The position numbers were made by a program, and so were the translations under genes. Positions 24,981 through 33,750 of a stretch of 33,750 nt of DNA are shown one piece after another. Each line of letters starts with the position of its first letter. The stretch's first letter is position 1. Origin of the DNA: Bacteroides sp. Lineage in GTDB: Bacteria; Bacteroidota; Bacteroidia; Bacteroidales; Bacteroidaceae. The notes under the pieces were generated by a model. That model had not been told where the DNA came from, did not search any database, and was given only the letters and a program-made list of their open reading frames with translations. The DNA lies in contig JASLCM010000265.1 of the NCBI GenBank assembly GCA_030151845.1, positions 1-33,750 on the forward strand, in the 5' to 3' direction.

Positions 24981-27900
24981 TTATCTTTTATTCCCAACCC
25001 TGAGTACAAGCTCATTATAAAGCTGCTCCAACTTATTCTCATAAAGTTCCGTTAAAGAGGAATTGTACCTTTTAAGAATCTTAACTTCAGCATCAAGATA
25101 AGCCAGGTGATACTCAACTTCACTTAAAGAAGGATAGAGGTGATAATCCTCTAAACTTAAGTACCAGGTAACATATTCTACGGACTTATCTGCCAAGTAG
25201 CTTATAATACTTTCTGCTTTTTCAGTTTCTCCTAAAACAAGATAGGCTTCTCCCATGTGGAGAGCTCCATTTTGAAAGTCATAAGGAACATTTTCATGAG
25301 GGATATTCTCTTCGCAATAAGCTAGAGCCTTTAACGCCTTTTCGCGTTTTCCCTCTTGTAGGAGTGCTGAAACGAGTTGACTAAATAAGCGCCTATGAGT
25401 ATCGCACATTCTTAGGGTATTTTCATCTAAATATACTCCAGGATTATTGATACCCCCAAACTTATACTTGTTCATGAGGTTGTCATACAACCTTTCTGTA
25501 TCGATAGTAGCATTTAGCTTAGCCACATTAAATGGAGTAAATCGATAGGCTAGTCCTTCCTGAACAAAGTGGTCTCTCATATTTAGTTGATAATCGGGGC
25601 CAACCGTTATAGCCATATAGAGAGGGCGCTCCCAATTGGTGTTTGCGATAAGTTCGAGCATCATAAGTTCACTTTTTTGCAGGTAATTTTTACCCTTTAA
25701 TGAGATTACCATATGATCGGGTATAGAATCTCCTAAGGCTGCAGGAATTCGAATATCAGATCTACGTACGGCTTCTTTATCTATTGTTAGTATGATGCTG
25801 TCGGTAGGAATAACTTTTAACTCTTCATTTTTAGTTAGGACCCATCTCTCCATGATGTTTTTAAGTTCAAAAGGCTCTTCACCAAACTCATCAACCAGTT
25901 TTTCATAGAGATCTGTTTTTCCTTCTTTTAGCTCTTTCTTCGCATTATCATAAATTTTACTGAGCTGTTTGCCCACTTCAGGACGAATAGGTATAACCTC
26001 GTTGGTTCCTTCTATGTAGTCCGCACGCTCCCAGTGAATAGGGAGAGAGGGCGACTCATAGGCAGGTCTTTTCATTTGATCGATATACCAATCGGTTTGT
26101 AAGTAGCTTAGGTTACAGGTCCGAGCATCGGTTCTAACTCCTTCTGTGTCCTGATTGTACCAAAGAGGGAATGTATCATTATCTCCATTGGTAAATATGA
26201 TGGGGTGGTTTGTTTCTGGTAGAGTCATGAGATAATTCTGACCGAAATCTCTTGCCACATAACGATTGGAGCGGTCGTGATCATCCCAAGTTTGGCTTGC
26301 CATTTGAAGGGGAACACAGATCCCGACTATACTAGCAATAACAGCTGTTAACGTTTTGTTGTTGCGTATATAGTTATTTAGGAAGTCTGCTATTCCAGCT
26401 ACTCCCATACCTATCCATATAGCGAAGGCATAGAAGGAGCCTGCATAGGCATAATCTCGCTCTCGAGGCTGCATTGGTGTTTGGTTTAGATAAAGAACTA
26501 TGGCTATTCCAGTCATAAAGAAAAGGAAGAAGACAACCCAGAATTGCTGAATCCCTCGTTTGTTTTTACCTATTTGCCAGAAAAGTCCAATTAAACCAAG
26601 AAGGAGAGGGAGTCCGTAATATACGTTTCTTCCTTTATTCTCTTTCAACTCTTTAGGAAGTAGTTCTTGATTGCCAACAAGGTACTTATCTATAAAATTA
26701 AAGCCTGTTATCCAGTTCCCATGTTCTATTTCTCCACTTCCTTGAATGTCATTTTGCCTACCAACAAAGTTCCACATAAAATACCTCCAATACATGAAGT
26801 TTAACTGGTAGGTGAAAAAGAACTTTATGTTTTCCCATTGTGTAGGTACGTTAACCATTACAGTTCTTCCACATTCATCGTAGGGAACCTCTTTTCCTTT
26901 AATATTAACCCATTGTTTATAGTAATCGGCATGTGCAGAGCTATACATTCTAGGGAAAATCATATTCTGAGCATATTGATACTCGACTCTTCCTGGAATT
27001 TCGATATAGCTATCTTTCTCTGTTGGATTCTCTTTCTCTTTTCTAATGAATTTAGTGGTTTGTAAGTTCTTTTTAGGTTCACAATATCCATCTTTAGCTT
27101 CAAGTGCTACTCGAGAAGAGAAGGCCTGGCCATAAAAGAGAGGTCTTGTTCCATATTGTTCTCTTCCTAGGTATTCACCAAGGGTGAATATATCTTCGGG
27201 AGAGTTTTGATCCATAGGAGGATTAGCAATAGAGCGTAAAACAATGAGTGTGTATGAAGAGTAGCCAATCATGATAAACATGATACACAATAAGGTCGTA
27301 TTTAATGTTCTGCTGCTCACTCTATAGCTTTGTTTGATTTTATCACTAAAGAGATAGAGTGAAAGAAGTGCTATCACAGCTGCACCAATGAGTAAACTGG
27401 TTGTTCCATGTCCGTAAAAAGGAATCCCGAGCAGAATAACTGTAAACAAGAAGGAGAGCCCCATTCGGAGTTCACTTTTTTCTTGATAGGTTTCATAGAC
27501 ACCCCATACGATTGCTAAGGCTAAAACTAGTATATAGAAAATAACACCTGTGTTAAAAGGCAATCCTAGATGATTTACAAAGAGAATTTCAAAAGAGCCT
27601 CCAACTTTGATTACCCCAGGAATTATCCCATAGAGAACAATGGCAACCAGTACTGCAGATCCGAAAAGAGCAAGTAAGGATCCTTTGATATTAGCTTCTG
27701 GATTCTTTTTATAATAATAGACAAGTACAATAGCAGGCAAACAGAGTAGGTTAAGGAGGTGAACTCCAATACTTAGGCCTGTAAGATAGGCTATTAAGAT
27801 AAGCCAACGATCGGCATGTGGTTGATCTGCTACCTCTTCCCACTTAAGAATGAGCCAAAAGACTACTGCAGTGAAAAGTGAAGAGTATGCATAAACCTCC

Positions 27901-28331
27901 GCTTCAACAGCACTAAACCAAAAAGTGTCACTGAAGGTATATGCTAGGGCTCCAGCTACACCACTACCAATGATTGTGATAATTTGGGAAGTTGTAAGTT
28001 CTTTATTCTCCGTATAGAACAATCTTTTTACCAAGTGAGTGATACTTAGATATAAAAAGAGAATGCAGGCACCACTCATAAGCGCACTCATGAGGTTTAC
28101 CATCATAGCAACCTGTGAGGGATCGCTTACAAACTGTGTAAAAAAATTAGCCGTTAACATGAAGAAAGGAGCACCAGGTGGGTGACCGACTTCTAGCTTA
28201 TAAGCAGATGTTATAAACTCAGGGCAATCCCAGAAGCTAGCAGTTGGCTCAATAGTCAAGCAGTATACGGTAGATGCTAATAGAAAAACAATCCATGCTG
28301 TAACATTCTTGGCTAATCTATATTGTTTCAT
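24981..28331 (-). CDS. DUF2723 multi-pass membrane protein (TMEM260-like, GT-C type glycosyltransferase candidate)
   Basis: 1116 aa; ASFWDCPEF, HPPGAP, FWFSAVEAEVY, GVHLLNLL, PRERDY, GDNDTFPLWY; many TM segments and a helical soluble C-terminus. Confidence 0.88.
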   Translation of the reverse strand: MKQYRLAKNVTAWIVFLLASTVYCLTIEPTASFWDCPEFITSAYKLEVGHPPGAPFFMLTANFFTQFVSDPSQVAMMVNLMSALMSGACILFLYLSITHLVKRLFYTENKELTTSQIITIIGSGVAGALAYTFSDTFWFSAVEAEVYAYSSLFTAVVFWLILKWEEVADQPHADRWLILIAYLTGLSIGVHLLNLLCLPAIVLVYYYKKNPEANIKGSLLALFGSAVLVAIVLYGIIPGVIKVGGSFEILFVNHLGLPFNTGVIFYILVLALAIVWGVYETYQEKSELRMGLSFLFTVILLGIPFYGHGTTSLLIGAAVIALLSLYLFSDKIKQSYRVSSRTLNTTLLCIMFIMIGYSSYTLIVLRSIANPPMDQNSPEDIFTLGEYLGREQYGTRPLFYGQAFSSRVALEAKDGYCEPKKNLQTTKFIRKEKENPTEKDSYIEIPGRVEYQYAQNMIFPRMYSSAHADYYKQWVNIKGKEVPYDECGRTVMVNVPTQWENIKFFFTYQLNFMYWRYFMWNFVGRQNDIQGSGEIEHGNWITGFNFIDKYLVGNQELLPKELKENKGRNVYYGLPLLLGLIGLFWQIGKNKRGIQQFWVVFFLFFMTGIAIVLYLNQTPMQPRERDYAYAGSFYAFAIWIGMGVAGIADFLNNYIRNNKTLTAVIASIVGICVPLQMASQTWDDHDRSNRYVARDFGQNYLMTLPETNHPIIFTNGDNDTFPLWYNQDTEGVRTDARTCNLSYLQTDWYIDQMKRPAYESPSLPIHWERADYIEGTNEVIPIRPEVGKQLSKIYDNAKKELKEGKTDLYEKLVDEFGEEPFELKNIMERWVLTKNEELKVIPTDSIILTIDKEAVRRSDIRIPAALGDSIPDHMVISLKGKNYLQKSELMMLELIANTNWERPLYMAITVGPDYQLNMRDHFVQEGLAYRFTPFNVAKLNATIDTERLYDNLMNKYKFGGINNPGVYLDENTLRMCDTHRRLFSQLVSALLQEGKREKALKALAYCEENIPHENVPYDFQNGALHMGEAYLVLGETEKAESIISYLADKSVEYVTWYLSLEDYHLYPSLSEVEYHLAYLDAEVKILKRYNSSLTELYENKLEQLYNELVLRVGNKR

Positions 28332-28365
28332 GTGTTTAAGTTTTCAGAATCTTAAAAATATGATG

Positions 28366-28373
28366 CAAAGATA
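28366..28373 (-). promoter_or_regulatory. -7 promoter box for DUF2723-deacetylase-queG
   Basis: CAAAGATA on plus = TATCTTTG on minus, 34 nt upstream of ATG 28331. Confidence 0.6.
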
Positions 28374-28397
28374 GCTAAATGTATGAAACAAATAAAG

Positions 28398-28418
28398 ATG
28401 TGAGTCAATCATTCACAT
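28398..28418 (-). terminator. Weak hairpin after the ABC ATPase gene
   Basis: Minus strand ATGTGAAT-GATTG-ACTCACAT (one mismatch) followed by CTTTATTTG. Confidence 0.3.
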
Positions 28419-28436
28419 TACTTTAGTCTCAAAAGA

Positions 28437-29195
28437 TTAATGTTTGTGTTTTTTAAGCACACGATGTGGAAACTGTCCATGTCCGATAATGTCAATGGGG
28501 CAGTGAAAGTTTTTTTCAATCCACGCTGTATCTACCTCAGTAGAGGGGTGGTAATGGAGTGTCTCATTAACACAAGCTATAGTTTTAACTTGTTGGAGTA
28601 CTGAGCCTAAGTCATGACTTATAAGGAGAATAGCACAATTTTTATTGATCTCAGTAAGTATCTCGTATAATTTGGCCTCAAACTTACGATCAATATAGGT
28701 ACTGGGTTCGTCTAATATTAAGAGTTGAGGCTTTGCTATTATTGCTCTTCCAAGTAAAGCACGTTGAATCTGTCCTCCACTTAACTCACCAATTGGCTTA
28801 TGTGCTACATCAAGAAGCCCCATTTTAATTAAAGTCTCTTCAGCAAGTGCTTTTTCTTTAGCGGAGAATCTTTTCAAAAGTTTACTGGGTGTCTGTAGTC
28901 CGGATAGTATAACTTGTAAAACCGTAATAGGAAATTTTTTATCAATAACATTATACTGAGGAAGATAACCGATGTTAGACTGCGTGTTAGAGCCTTCATA
29001 AACAATCCTACCAGATCGTATGGGGAGTAAGCCTAATATAGCCTTAATTAAGGTTGTTTTTCCACCTCCATTGGGACCAATAACTCCTATAAAGTCATTT
29101 TTATAGACAGTAAGGTTGACGTTTTTAATAGCGACCTTCTCTCCGTAGGTGACGGTTAAATTTTCTACTTTTAAGATAATATCTTTCTCACTCAT
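28437..29195 (-). CDS. Zn/Mn ABC transporter ATP-binding protein (ZnuC-like)
   Basis: Walker A GPNGGGKT, IGYLPQ, LSGGQ, LILDEP, SHD; His-containing C-terminus. Confidence 0.93.
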   Translation of the reverse strand: MSEKDIILKVENLTVTYGEKVAIKNVNLTVYKNDFIGVIGPNGGGKTTLIKAILGLLPIRSGRIVYEGSNTQSNIGYLPQYNVIDKKFPITVLQVILSGLQTPSKLLKRFSAKEKALAEETLIKMGLLDVAHKPIGELSGGQIQRALLGRAIIAKPQLLILDEPSTYIDRKFEAKLYEILTEINKNCAILLISHDLGSVLQQVKTIACVNETLHYHPSTEVDTAWIEKNFHCPIDIIGHGQFPHRVLKKHKH

Positions 29196-30069
29196 GGTTC
29201 TGACTTAAGGCATTTGCTATTGTTAACATCTCCTCTTTCCAGTTGTAAGATAGAGGGTTTATTGAAACAATTGAGGTATGCGTCTCTCTGGCTATTAATT
29301 CTGCATTTTTATGATCAAACTCTGGTTGTACAAAGATCACCTGGATATTATACCTTTTACAAAGGTCGATGAGGTGTTTCAGATGACTTGGTGTAGGCTC
29401 TTTTCCCTCTTCTTCAATACTTAACTGAGTGAGCTGATAGTCTCTCGCAAAATAGGAGAGTGCGGGGTGATAAATCATAAAGGCCTCTCCTGTTCGATTC
29501 TCCATCTTTAGTTGGATTGATTTTTCTACCTCTTTTATCTCCTGAACGAGCCGATAATAGTTTTGTTGATACTCCTGGAAGTTATCAGGGTCAATCTCTT
29601 TTAAAAAAGAGAGAATATTTTTAGAGATGAGTAGGGCATTACTTGTAGAGTTCCACGTATGTGGATCTACTCCTCCATGGTGAGTATGGTCACCGTGGTG
29701 ATGGTCTTCTCCATAAATAAACTGGATGCCCTCTGAAGCATTAAAGAAGCGAACGTTAGGTGTATTGGCTTTGATCTTTTCCATCCAAGCCTGTTCAAAA
29801 CCTATGTATCCGATTTGGATGTAGGCTGTGCTTTTGTTTAGCTCCATTAATTGCTTGGGGGTTGGATCATAGGTCTCAGGACTAACCCCTTTAGGAACCA
29901 TGCTAACTACATTAAACTTACTGCCCACTATTTGTTCTGTAAAAAAACGAAGGGGTTCAATGGTAACTGTTATAATTGCACTCTTTTCTGTCTCTTTTTT
30001 GGTGCTAGAGCAAGCAGTAAGTAGCAATAGTAGGGTGAAGAAAAGGTAGTATCTAGTTGTTTTTGGCAT
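29188..30069 (-). CDS. Zn/Mn ABC transporter substrate-binding lipoprotein (ZnuA/AdcA-like)
   Basis: Lipobox LTAC; PETYDP, His-rich loop EDHHHGDHTHHGG, DPHTW, YHPALSYF, EGKEP. Confidence 0.93.
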   Translation of the reverse strand: MPKTTRYYLFFTLLLLLTACSSTKKETEKSAIITVTIEPLRFFTEQIVGSKFNVVSMVPKGVSPETYDPTPKQLMELNKSTAYIQIGYIGFEQAWMEKIKANTPNVRFFNASEGIQFIYGEDHHHGDHTHHGGVDPHTWNSTSNALLISKNILSFLKEIDPDNFQEYQQNYYRLVQEIKEVEKSIQLKMENRTGEAFMIYHPALSYFARDYQLTQLSIEEEGKEPTPSHLKHLIDLCKRYNIQVIFVQPEFDHKNAELIARETHTSIVSINPLSYNWKEEMLTIANALSQNHE

Positions 30070-30078
30070 GATGAACTT

Positions 30079-30732
30079 TTATTTTTTAGTTGCTCGTAGA
30101 ATTTCTCTTTTTCCATTGGGGGGGCCAGGTAGCCGCTCTACCTCAAAACCAACCTCTTGGAGTCTTCTTCGTATAACTCCTTTCGAGCAGTAGGTTGTTA
30201 AGACTCCACCTCTATTCATAGAAACATATAAGTAGTCAAAAAGTTCCTTACTCCACATCTCCTCTTGCTTTTCAGGTGCAAAAGCATCAAAATAAACAAC
30301 ATCAACAGTAGAGGGGAGTTTAGGCTTCTTGGTAAAATCAGCCTCAAGTTTCAAAAGAGAGAACTGAGGGGTCAAATCTGTCTTTATGTTCCAATCTGCT
30401 GTATGAATAGTTTCAAAAAGCTTATCACTGGTATAGTTTAGTTGATACACAGTGTTCCAGCTTAAAGGATTTTTCTCTAATGTGACATAGCTGATCTTCT
30501 GATCAGTAGTCTGATTGTACTTAGCTGTTAAATAGGTGTTTAATCCTGTGCCGAACCCTATTTCTAAAACTGTAAGCTGAGGCAGGGTGCGAAGTTGTGA
30601 AAGACCACACGCAATAAAGATATGTTGTGATTCTGTTATGGCTCCTTTTATAGAGTGGTAGTTCTCATCTAGTTCTGGTAGATAAATTGTATTGCTACCG
30701 TCTGCCGTATGTATGATTTCTATATTTTTCAT
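30079..30732 (-). CDS. mnmD: Stand-alone MnmC-type tRNA mnm5s2U34 methyltransferase (MnmD)
   Basis: TADGS.T, YHS..GA..ES.HIFI, LEIGFGTGLN, YFDAFAP, TY, GF.VE..PGP..KRE. Confidence 0.88.
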   Translation of the reverse strand: MKNIEIIHTADGSNTIYLPELDENYHSIKGAITESQHIFIACGLSQLRTLPQLTVLEIGFGTGLNTYLTAKYNQTTDQKISYVTLEKNPLSWNTVYQLNYTSDKLFETIHTADWNIKTDLTPQFSLLKLEADFTKKPKLPSTVDVVYFDAFAPEKQEEMWSKELFDYLYVSMNRGGVLTTYCSKGVIRRRLQEVGFEVERLPGPPNGKREILRATKK

Positions 30733-30733
30733 C

Positions 30734-31204
30734 TTATATAAAAAAAGAAAATAATCCTCTTGCTGCTAAAATAACTAGAAAATAGCGTAAAGACTTACCA
30801 ACAAACATACTTAGTGAAACAATACCAAAGTTACTTCTTATAAATCCTAATGCTACTGCAATAATACTTCCTAAGATGGGTAAGAAAGCAAAGAACCCCA
30901 TAAAACCACTTTTGTTATGTAGGTAGATTTGCATCTTATCAATCTTCTCTTTGTCCATCCTGAAAAATTTAGTTAGCCAGTCTGTTTTTCCTAGTCTCCC
31001 TAAGGAGTAACAGGTCATACCACCTAAGGTATTTCCTATAGATGCTGAAACAAGGCAGGCTGTAGGGTCTAGTCCAGTAGCAGGGTGTACAAGAGCTACC
31101 AATACAGCCTCAGAACTAAAAGGAATGATACTGCCAGCTAGAAATGAAGCAACAAACATTCCGAGGTAACTCCATTCTATTAAGAATTGTATAATAGTGT
31201 CCAT
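30734..31204 (-). CDS. YqaA/DedA (SNARE-associated/VTT) family membrane protein
   Basis: FLAGSIIPFSSE, GNTLGG...Y.LGR, LPILG, GK.LRY. Confidence 0.88.
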   Translation of the reverse strand: MDTIIQFLIEWSYLGMFVASFLAGSIIPFSSEAVLVALVHPATGLDPTACLVSASIGNTLGGMTCYSLGRLGKTDWLTKFFRMDKEKIDKMQIYLHNKSGFMGFFAFLPILGSIIAVALGFIRSNFGIVSLSMFVGKSLRYFLVILAARGLFSFFI

Positions 31205-32202
31205 ACGTTACTTATAAAAACAAATACTAAACTTACAGTAGAACAGATAAAAAAGATATTTGATGCTCTGTTTTTAGTTAAAACAAACAAATGTCCACTA
31301 AGAAAGCTAACCGCAATAAAGAGCAGAGGCATTATTTCATTGAAAAGTATCGGGTTTACTAGTAAAATAAGAAAGAGAACACTACTAATAATAACTAGAA
31401 AGTTAAGGAAGGCTCTTGTTCTTATTTTATCCTGATAACTGGTCATAAAGAAATGAATACTACTTACAAGATAGAGTATAAGAAGTAAACTAATACTCAG
31501 TAAAGAGGAGAACGTTAGGTTTATTAATGTCGTTTCAATTTGAAAAGAGTTTATGAGCGCTATAAATGGCGCCTTGAAAATCCACATCTCCTCGTAAAAG
31601 AAAGCATGACTAAACAGGAACCAATAAGGTACAAAAAGACCAATAAGACCTGCAAAAAAACTTTTTGCTGTTAATGATTGAAACTGATAGGCTCCAAGTA
31701 GATAAATAGGTATGAGAAAGAAAAGCTGTGGAACGAGGATCGTTCCCAGTGAGAGAAAAAAAAGCGCAAGAAAAAGATCGTTAGTTGGCCTTTGCTTTTG
31801 ATAGGAATTAAATAAGATATGGAGAGAGAATACAAAGATTAAACTAGCGATAGAGCCCCTAGAGAGAGGATACAATTGTGGACAAGCTAACACAAAAAGT
31901 ATAAAAAAGGAGGCCTGTACGCTTGCGCGAACCCTTATTATTGTATATCGGTTATTTAATTCAATCAAAATGTAACCAACCAGTGTGTATACCAGAAAGT
32001 TAAGTATACGATTAAACTTAAAAAGAAAAGGAACTTGATGTTCCAGATAGCTCCAAAGAGGATAGGAAAAGTCTGCTTGGGGCTCCTCTAAAAGAAAAAA
32101 AGAGAGCACCCCCCAACACCCAATCGCAAGAATGGATATTAGAGGTAACATGTTTCTACTTAATCTTTTCTTTTGCTCTATGGTGCTGTTGTGGTTGCTC
32201 AT
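31180..32202 (-). CDS. Conserved polytopic membrane protein (DUF6427-like)
   Basis: 340 aa, about 10 hydrophobic segments, overlaps the purD stop (ATGA) and the yqaA start; the family label is tentative. Confidence 0.7.
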   Translation of the reverse strand: MSNHNSTIEQKKRLSRNMLPLISILAIGCWGVLSFFLLEEPQADFSYPLWSYLEHQVPFLFKFNRILNFLVYTLVGYILIELNNRYTIIRVRASVQASFFILFVLACPQLYPLSRGSIASLIFVFSLHILFNSYQKQRPTNDLFLALFFLSLGTILVPQLFFLIPIYLLGAYQFQSLTAKSFFAGLIGLFVPYWFLFSHAFFYEEMWIFKAPFIALINSFQIETTLINLTFSSLLSISLLLILYLVSSIHFFMTSYQDKIRTRAFLNFLVIISSVLFLILLVNPILFNEIMPLLFIAVSFLSGHLFVLTKNRASNIFFICSTVSLVFVFISNVWTLLYNS

Positions 32203-33473
32203 AAATCGAAACCAATGTCTTTTCTATAATATTTTCCAGAATACTCAACCTTGTCTATTGTCTTATAACATTGGTTTAATGCTTCAGCCATATTATCACC
32301 AAAAGCTGAAACAGCAAGGACACGCCCTCCATTAGTTACAACACTCTCTTCTCTGAGCTTTGTACCTGCGTGAAAAATTAGGGTGTTAGAGTCTGCTTCG
32401 GTCTCTAATCCTTTAATAGGAAAACCTTTTTCATAAGATTCAGGATAGCCCCCACTAACAAGAATAACGCTTGTTACGGTTCGTTTATCTAAAATCATTT
32501 CGATGTCATTTAGATTTCCATTAACCACTCCTTCAAAGAGCTCTACTAAGTCTGATTGGATACGTGGAACAACACTCTCTGTCTCTGGATCACCCATTCT
32601 TACATTATATTCTATAACCATTGGCTCATCTTTTACCTTGATGAGCCCAATAAAGATAAATCCTTTATAGATGATACCCTCTTTTTTTATTCCCTCTATG
32701 GTAGGTTCTACTACCTGTTTAATGATTTTATCGTAGAACTGTTCTGTCACGAAAGGAACGGGGCTAACACTTCCCATCCCTCCAGTGTTTAAACCTGTAT
32801 CTCCTTCACCTATTCGTTTATAATCCTTGGCTATAGGAAGTACTTTGTATTGATTCCCATCTGTTAAAACAAAGACAGAACACTCAATTCCTGATAGGAA
32901 TTCCTCTATTACCACCGTGTTGCTAGCTTCGCCAAACTGTCCAGCCAACATCTCTTTTAGTGAAGAGATAGCCTCTTCTAGAGTAGGAAGTATGAGGACA
33001 CCTTTTCCAGCACACAGTCCATCAGCCTTTAAAACATAAGGTGCTTCTAGACTTTTTAAGAAGTCAATACCCTCTTCAATGTTATTAGCTGTAATAGTTT
33101 TATACTTAGCGGTTGGTATCTCATTTCTCTGCATGAAGGCTTTGGCAAACTCCTTACTTCCTTCTAGCTGAGCACCTAGCTTGGAAGGGCCAATAACATG
33201 AACATGCTTTGTCTCTTTATCTTTGGTAAAAAAGTCATAAATTCCTTTTACTAATGGGGCTTCAGGACCCACTACAATCATAGAGATATTATTGCTTAAG
33301 ACAACCTTTTTAATAGCCTCAAAGTCTTCAATGTCTAGGTCTATGTTTTTACCTAGAGTTAAAGTCCCTGCATTACCTGGTGCAATAAACAATTTATTTA
33401 CTCGTTTGCTTTGTGCTATTTTCCAAGCTAGTGTATGCTCGCGGCCACCTGAGCCAAGTAATAATAGATTCAT
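32199..33473 (-). CDS. purD: Phosphoribosylamine-glycine ligase
   Basis: GSGGREH, APGNAG, VVGPEAPL, LEGSK, KADGLCAGKGV, DYKRIGEGDTGLNTGGMG, EYNVRMGDPE, TNGGRV. Confidence 0.98.
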   Translation of the reverse strand: MNLLLLGSGGREHTLAWKIAQSKRVNKLFIAPGNAGTLTLGKNIDLDIEDFEAIKKVVLSNNISMIVVGPEAPLVKGIYDFFTKDKETKHVHVIGPSKLGAQLEGSKEFAKAFMQRNEIPTAKYKTITANNIEEGIDFLKSLEAPYVLKADGLCAGKGVLILPTLEEAISSLKEMLAGQFGEASNTVVIEEFLSGIECSVFVLTDGNQYKVLPIAKDYKRIGEGDTGLNTGGMGSVSPVPFVTEQFYDKIIKQVVEPTIEGIKKEGIIYKGFIFIGLIKVKDEPMVIEYNVRMGDPETESVVPRIQSDLVELFEGVVNGNLNDIEMILDKRTVTSVILVSGGYPESYEKGFPIKGLETEADSNTLIFHAGTKLREESVVTNGGRVLAVSAFGDNMAEALNQCYKTIDKVEYSGKYYRKDIGFDL

Positions 33474-33482
33474 TTCTTTAGA

Positions 33483-33750
33483 TTATAAATAGTCCTTAAA
33501 ATATTGTGTAATTTTGTGATGTAAATGAACACGATCTCTGCCTCTTACATTGTGTTTGTGATTTGGGTATATAAAGAGGTCAGGATAAGTACGTGCTTTA
33601 ATACATGCCTGAATAAAAGAGAGAGTATGTTGCGGTACGCATGTAGAGTCATGGTCGTCATGGATCAGCAGTAGGTGCCCTTTTAATTGAGGGGCTAAGT
33701 TACAAAGATTTGTTTTCTCATACCCTTCAGGATTAGTCTGTGGAGTATCC
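33483..33750 (-). CDS. S9 family serine peptidase, C-terminal part (prolyl tripeptidyl peptidase / DPP-IV-like)
   Basis: Not in the ORF track. Manual translation: DTPQTNPEGYEKTNLCNLAPQLKGHLLLIHDDHDSTCVPQHTLSFIQACIKARTYPDLFIYPNHKHNVRGRDRVHLHHKITQYFKDYL*, covering the catalytic Asp and His regions. Confidence 0.88.
   Translation of the reverse strand, partial: DTPQTNPEGYEKTNLCNLAPQLKGHLLLIHDDHDSTCVPQHTLSFIQACIKARTYPDLFIYPNHKHNVRGRDRVHLHHKITQYFKDYL

Noticed and set aside
28399..28417. TGTGA-N9-TCACA as a CRP-type site
   Set aside because: The spacer is 9 rather than 6 nt; better explained as a weak hairpin after the ATPase gene.
772..33492. Other 61-91 aa ORFs in the track (e.g. 772-969, 3775-3972, 7185-7460, 9153-9419, 12845-13114, 19463-19699, 21415-21681, 26838-27065)
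   Set aside because: All lie antisense to, or out of frame within, well-supported genes and show no motifs.
1..33750. Mobile elements, CRISPR arrays, defence systems, tRNA or rRNA genes
   Set aside because: No transposase, integrase, cas gene, regularly spaced repeat or RNA-gene signature seen; nearly all sequence is accounted for by housekeeping CDSs.

Overview
AT-rich, gene-dense core-chromosome segment from a Bacteroidales (Bacteroides-like) bacterium; the assignment rests on the gene set and on repeated TAnnTTTG promoter boxes upstream of starts. Gene order: uvrC (5' part), apt, parS, mnmG, ybeY, spmA/B-like (minus); ruvB, MOP flippase, DUF389, S46 peptidase (plus); EamA, DEAD-box helicase, phosphatase-like lipoprotein, PfkB kinase, SIS isomerase (minus); M16 peptidase (plus); wbqC, degenerate lepB paralog, lepB, dapB (minus); DUF2851, DUF4348 (plus); queG, CE4 deacetylase, DUF2723, metal ABC ATPase and binding protein, mnmD, YqaA, membrane protein, purD, S9 peptidase (3' part) (minus). 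I saw no mobile element, CRISPR array, tRNA, rRNA or obvious defence system. The best leads are two apparent pseudo-enzymes (a signal peptidase paralog lacking both catalytic residues, and a lipoprotein phosphatase lacking its P-loop Arg), a TMEM260-like DUF2723 glycosyltransferase candidate with its deacetylase partner, a consensus parS site, and several palindromes sitting on promoter elements. Family names come from motif recognition by eye, not from database searches.
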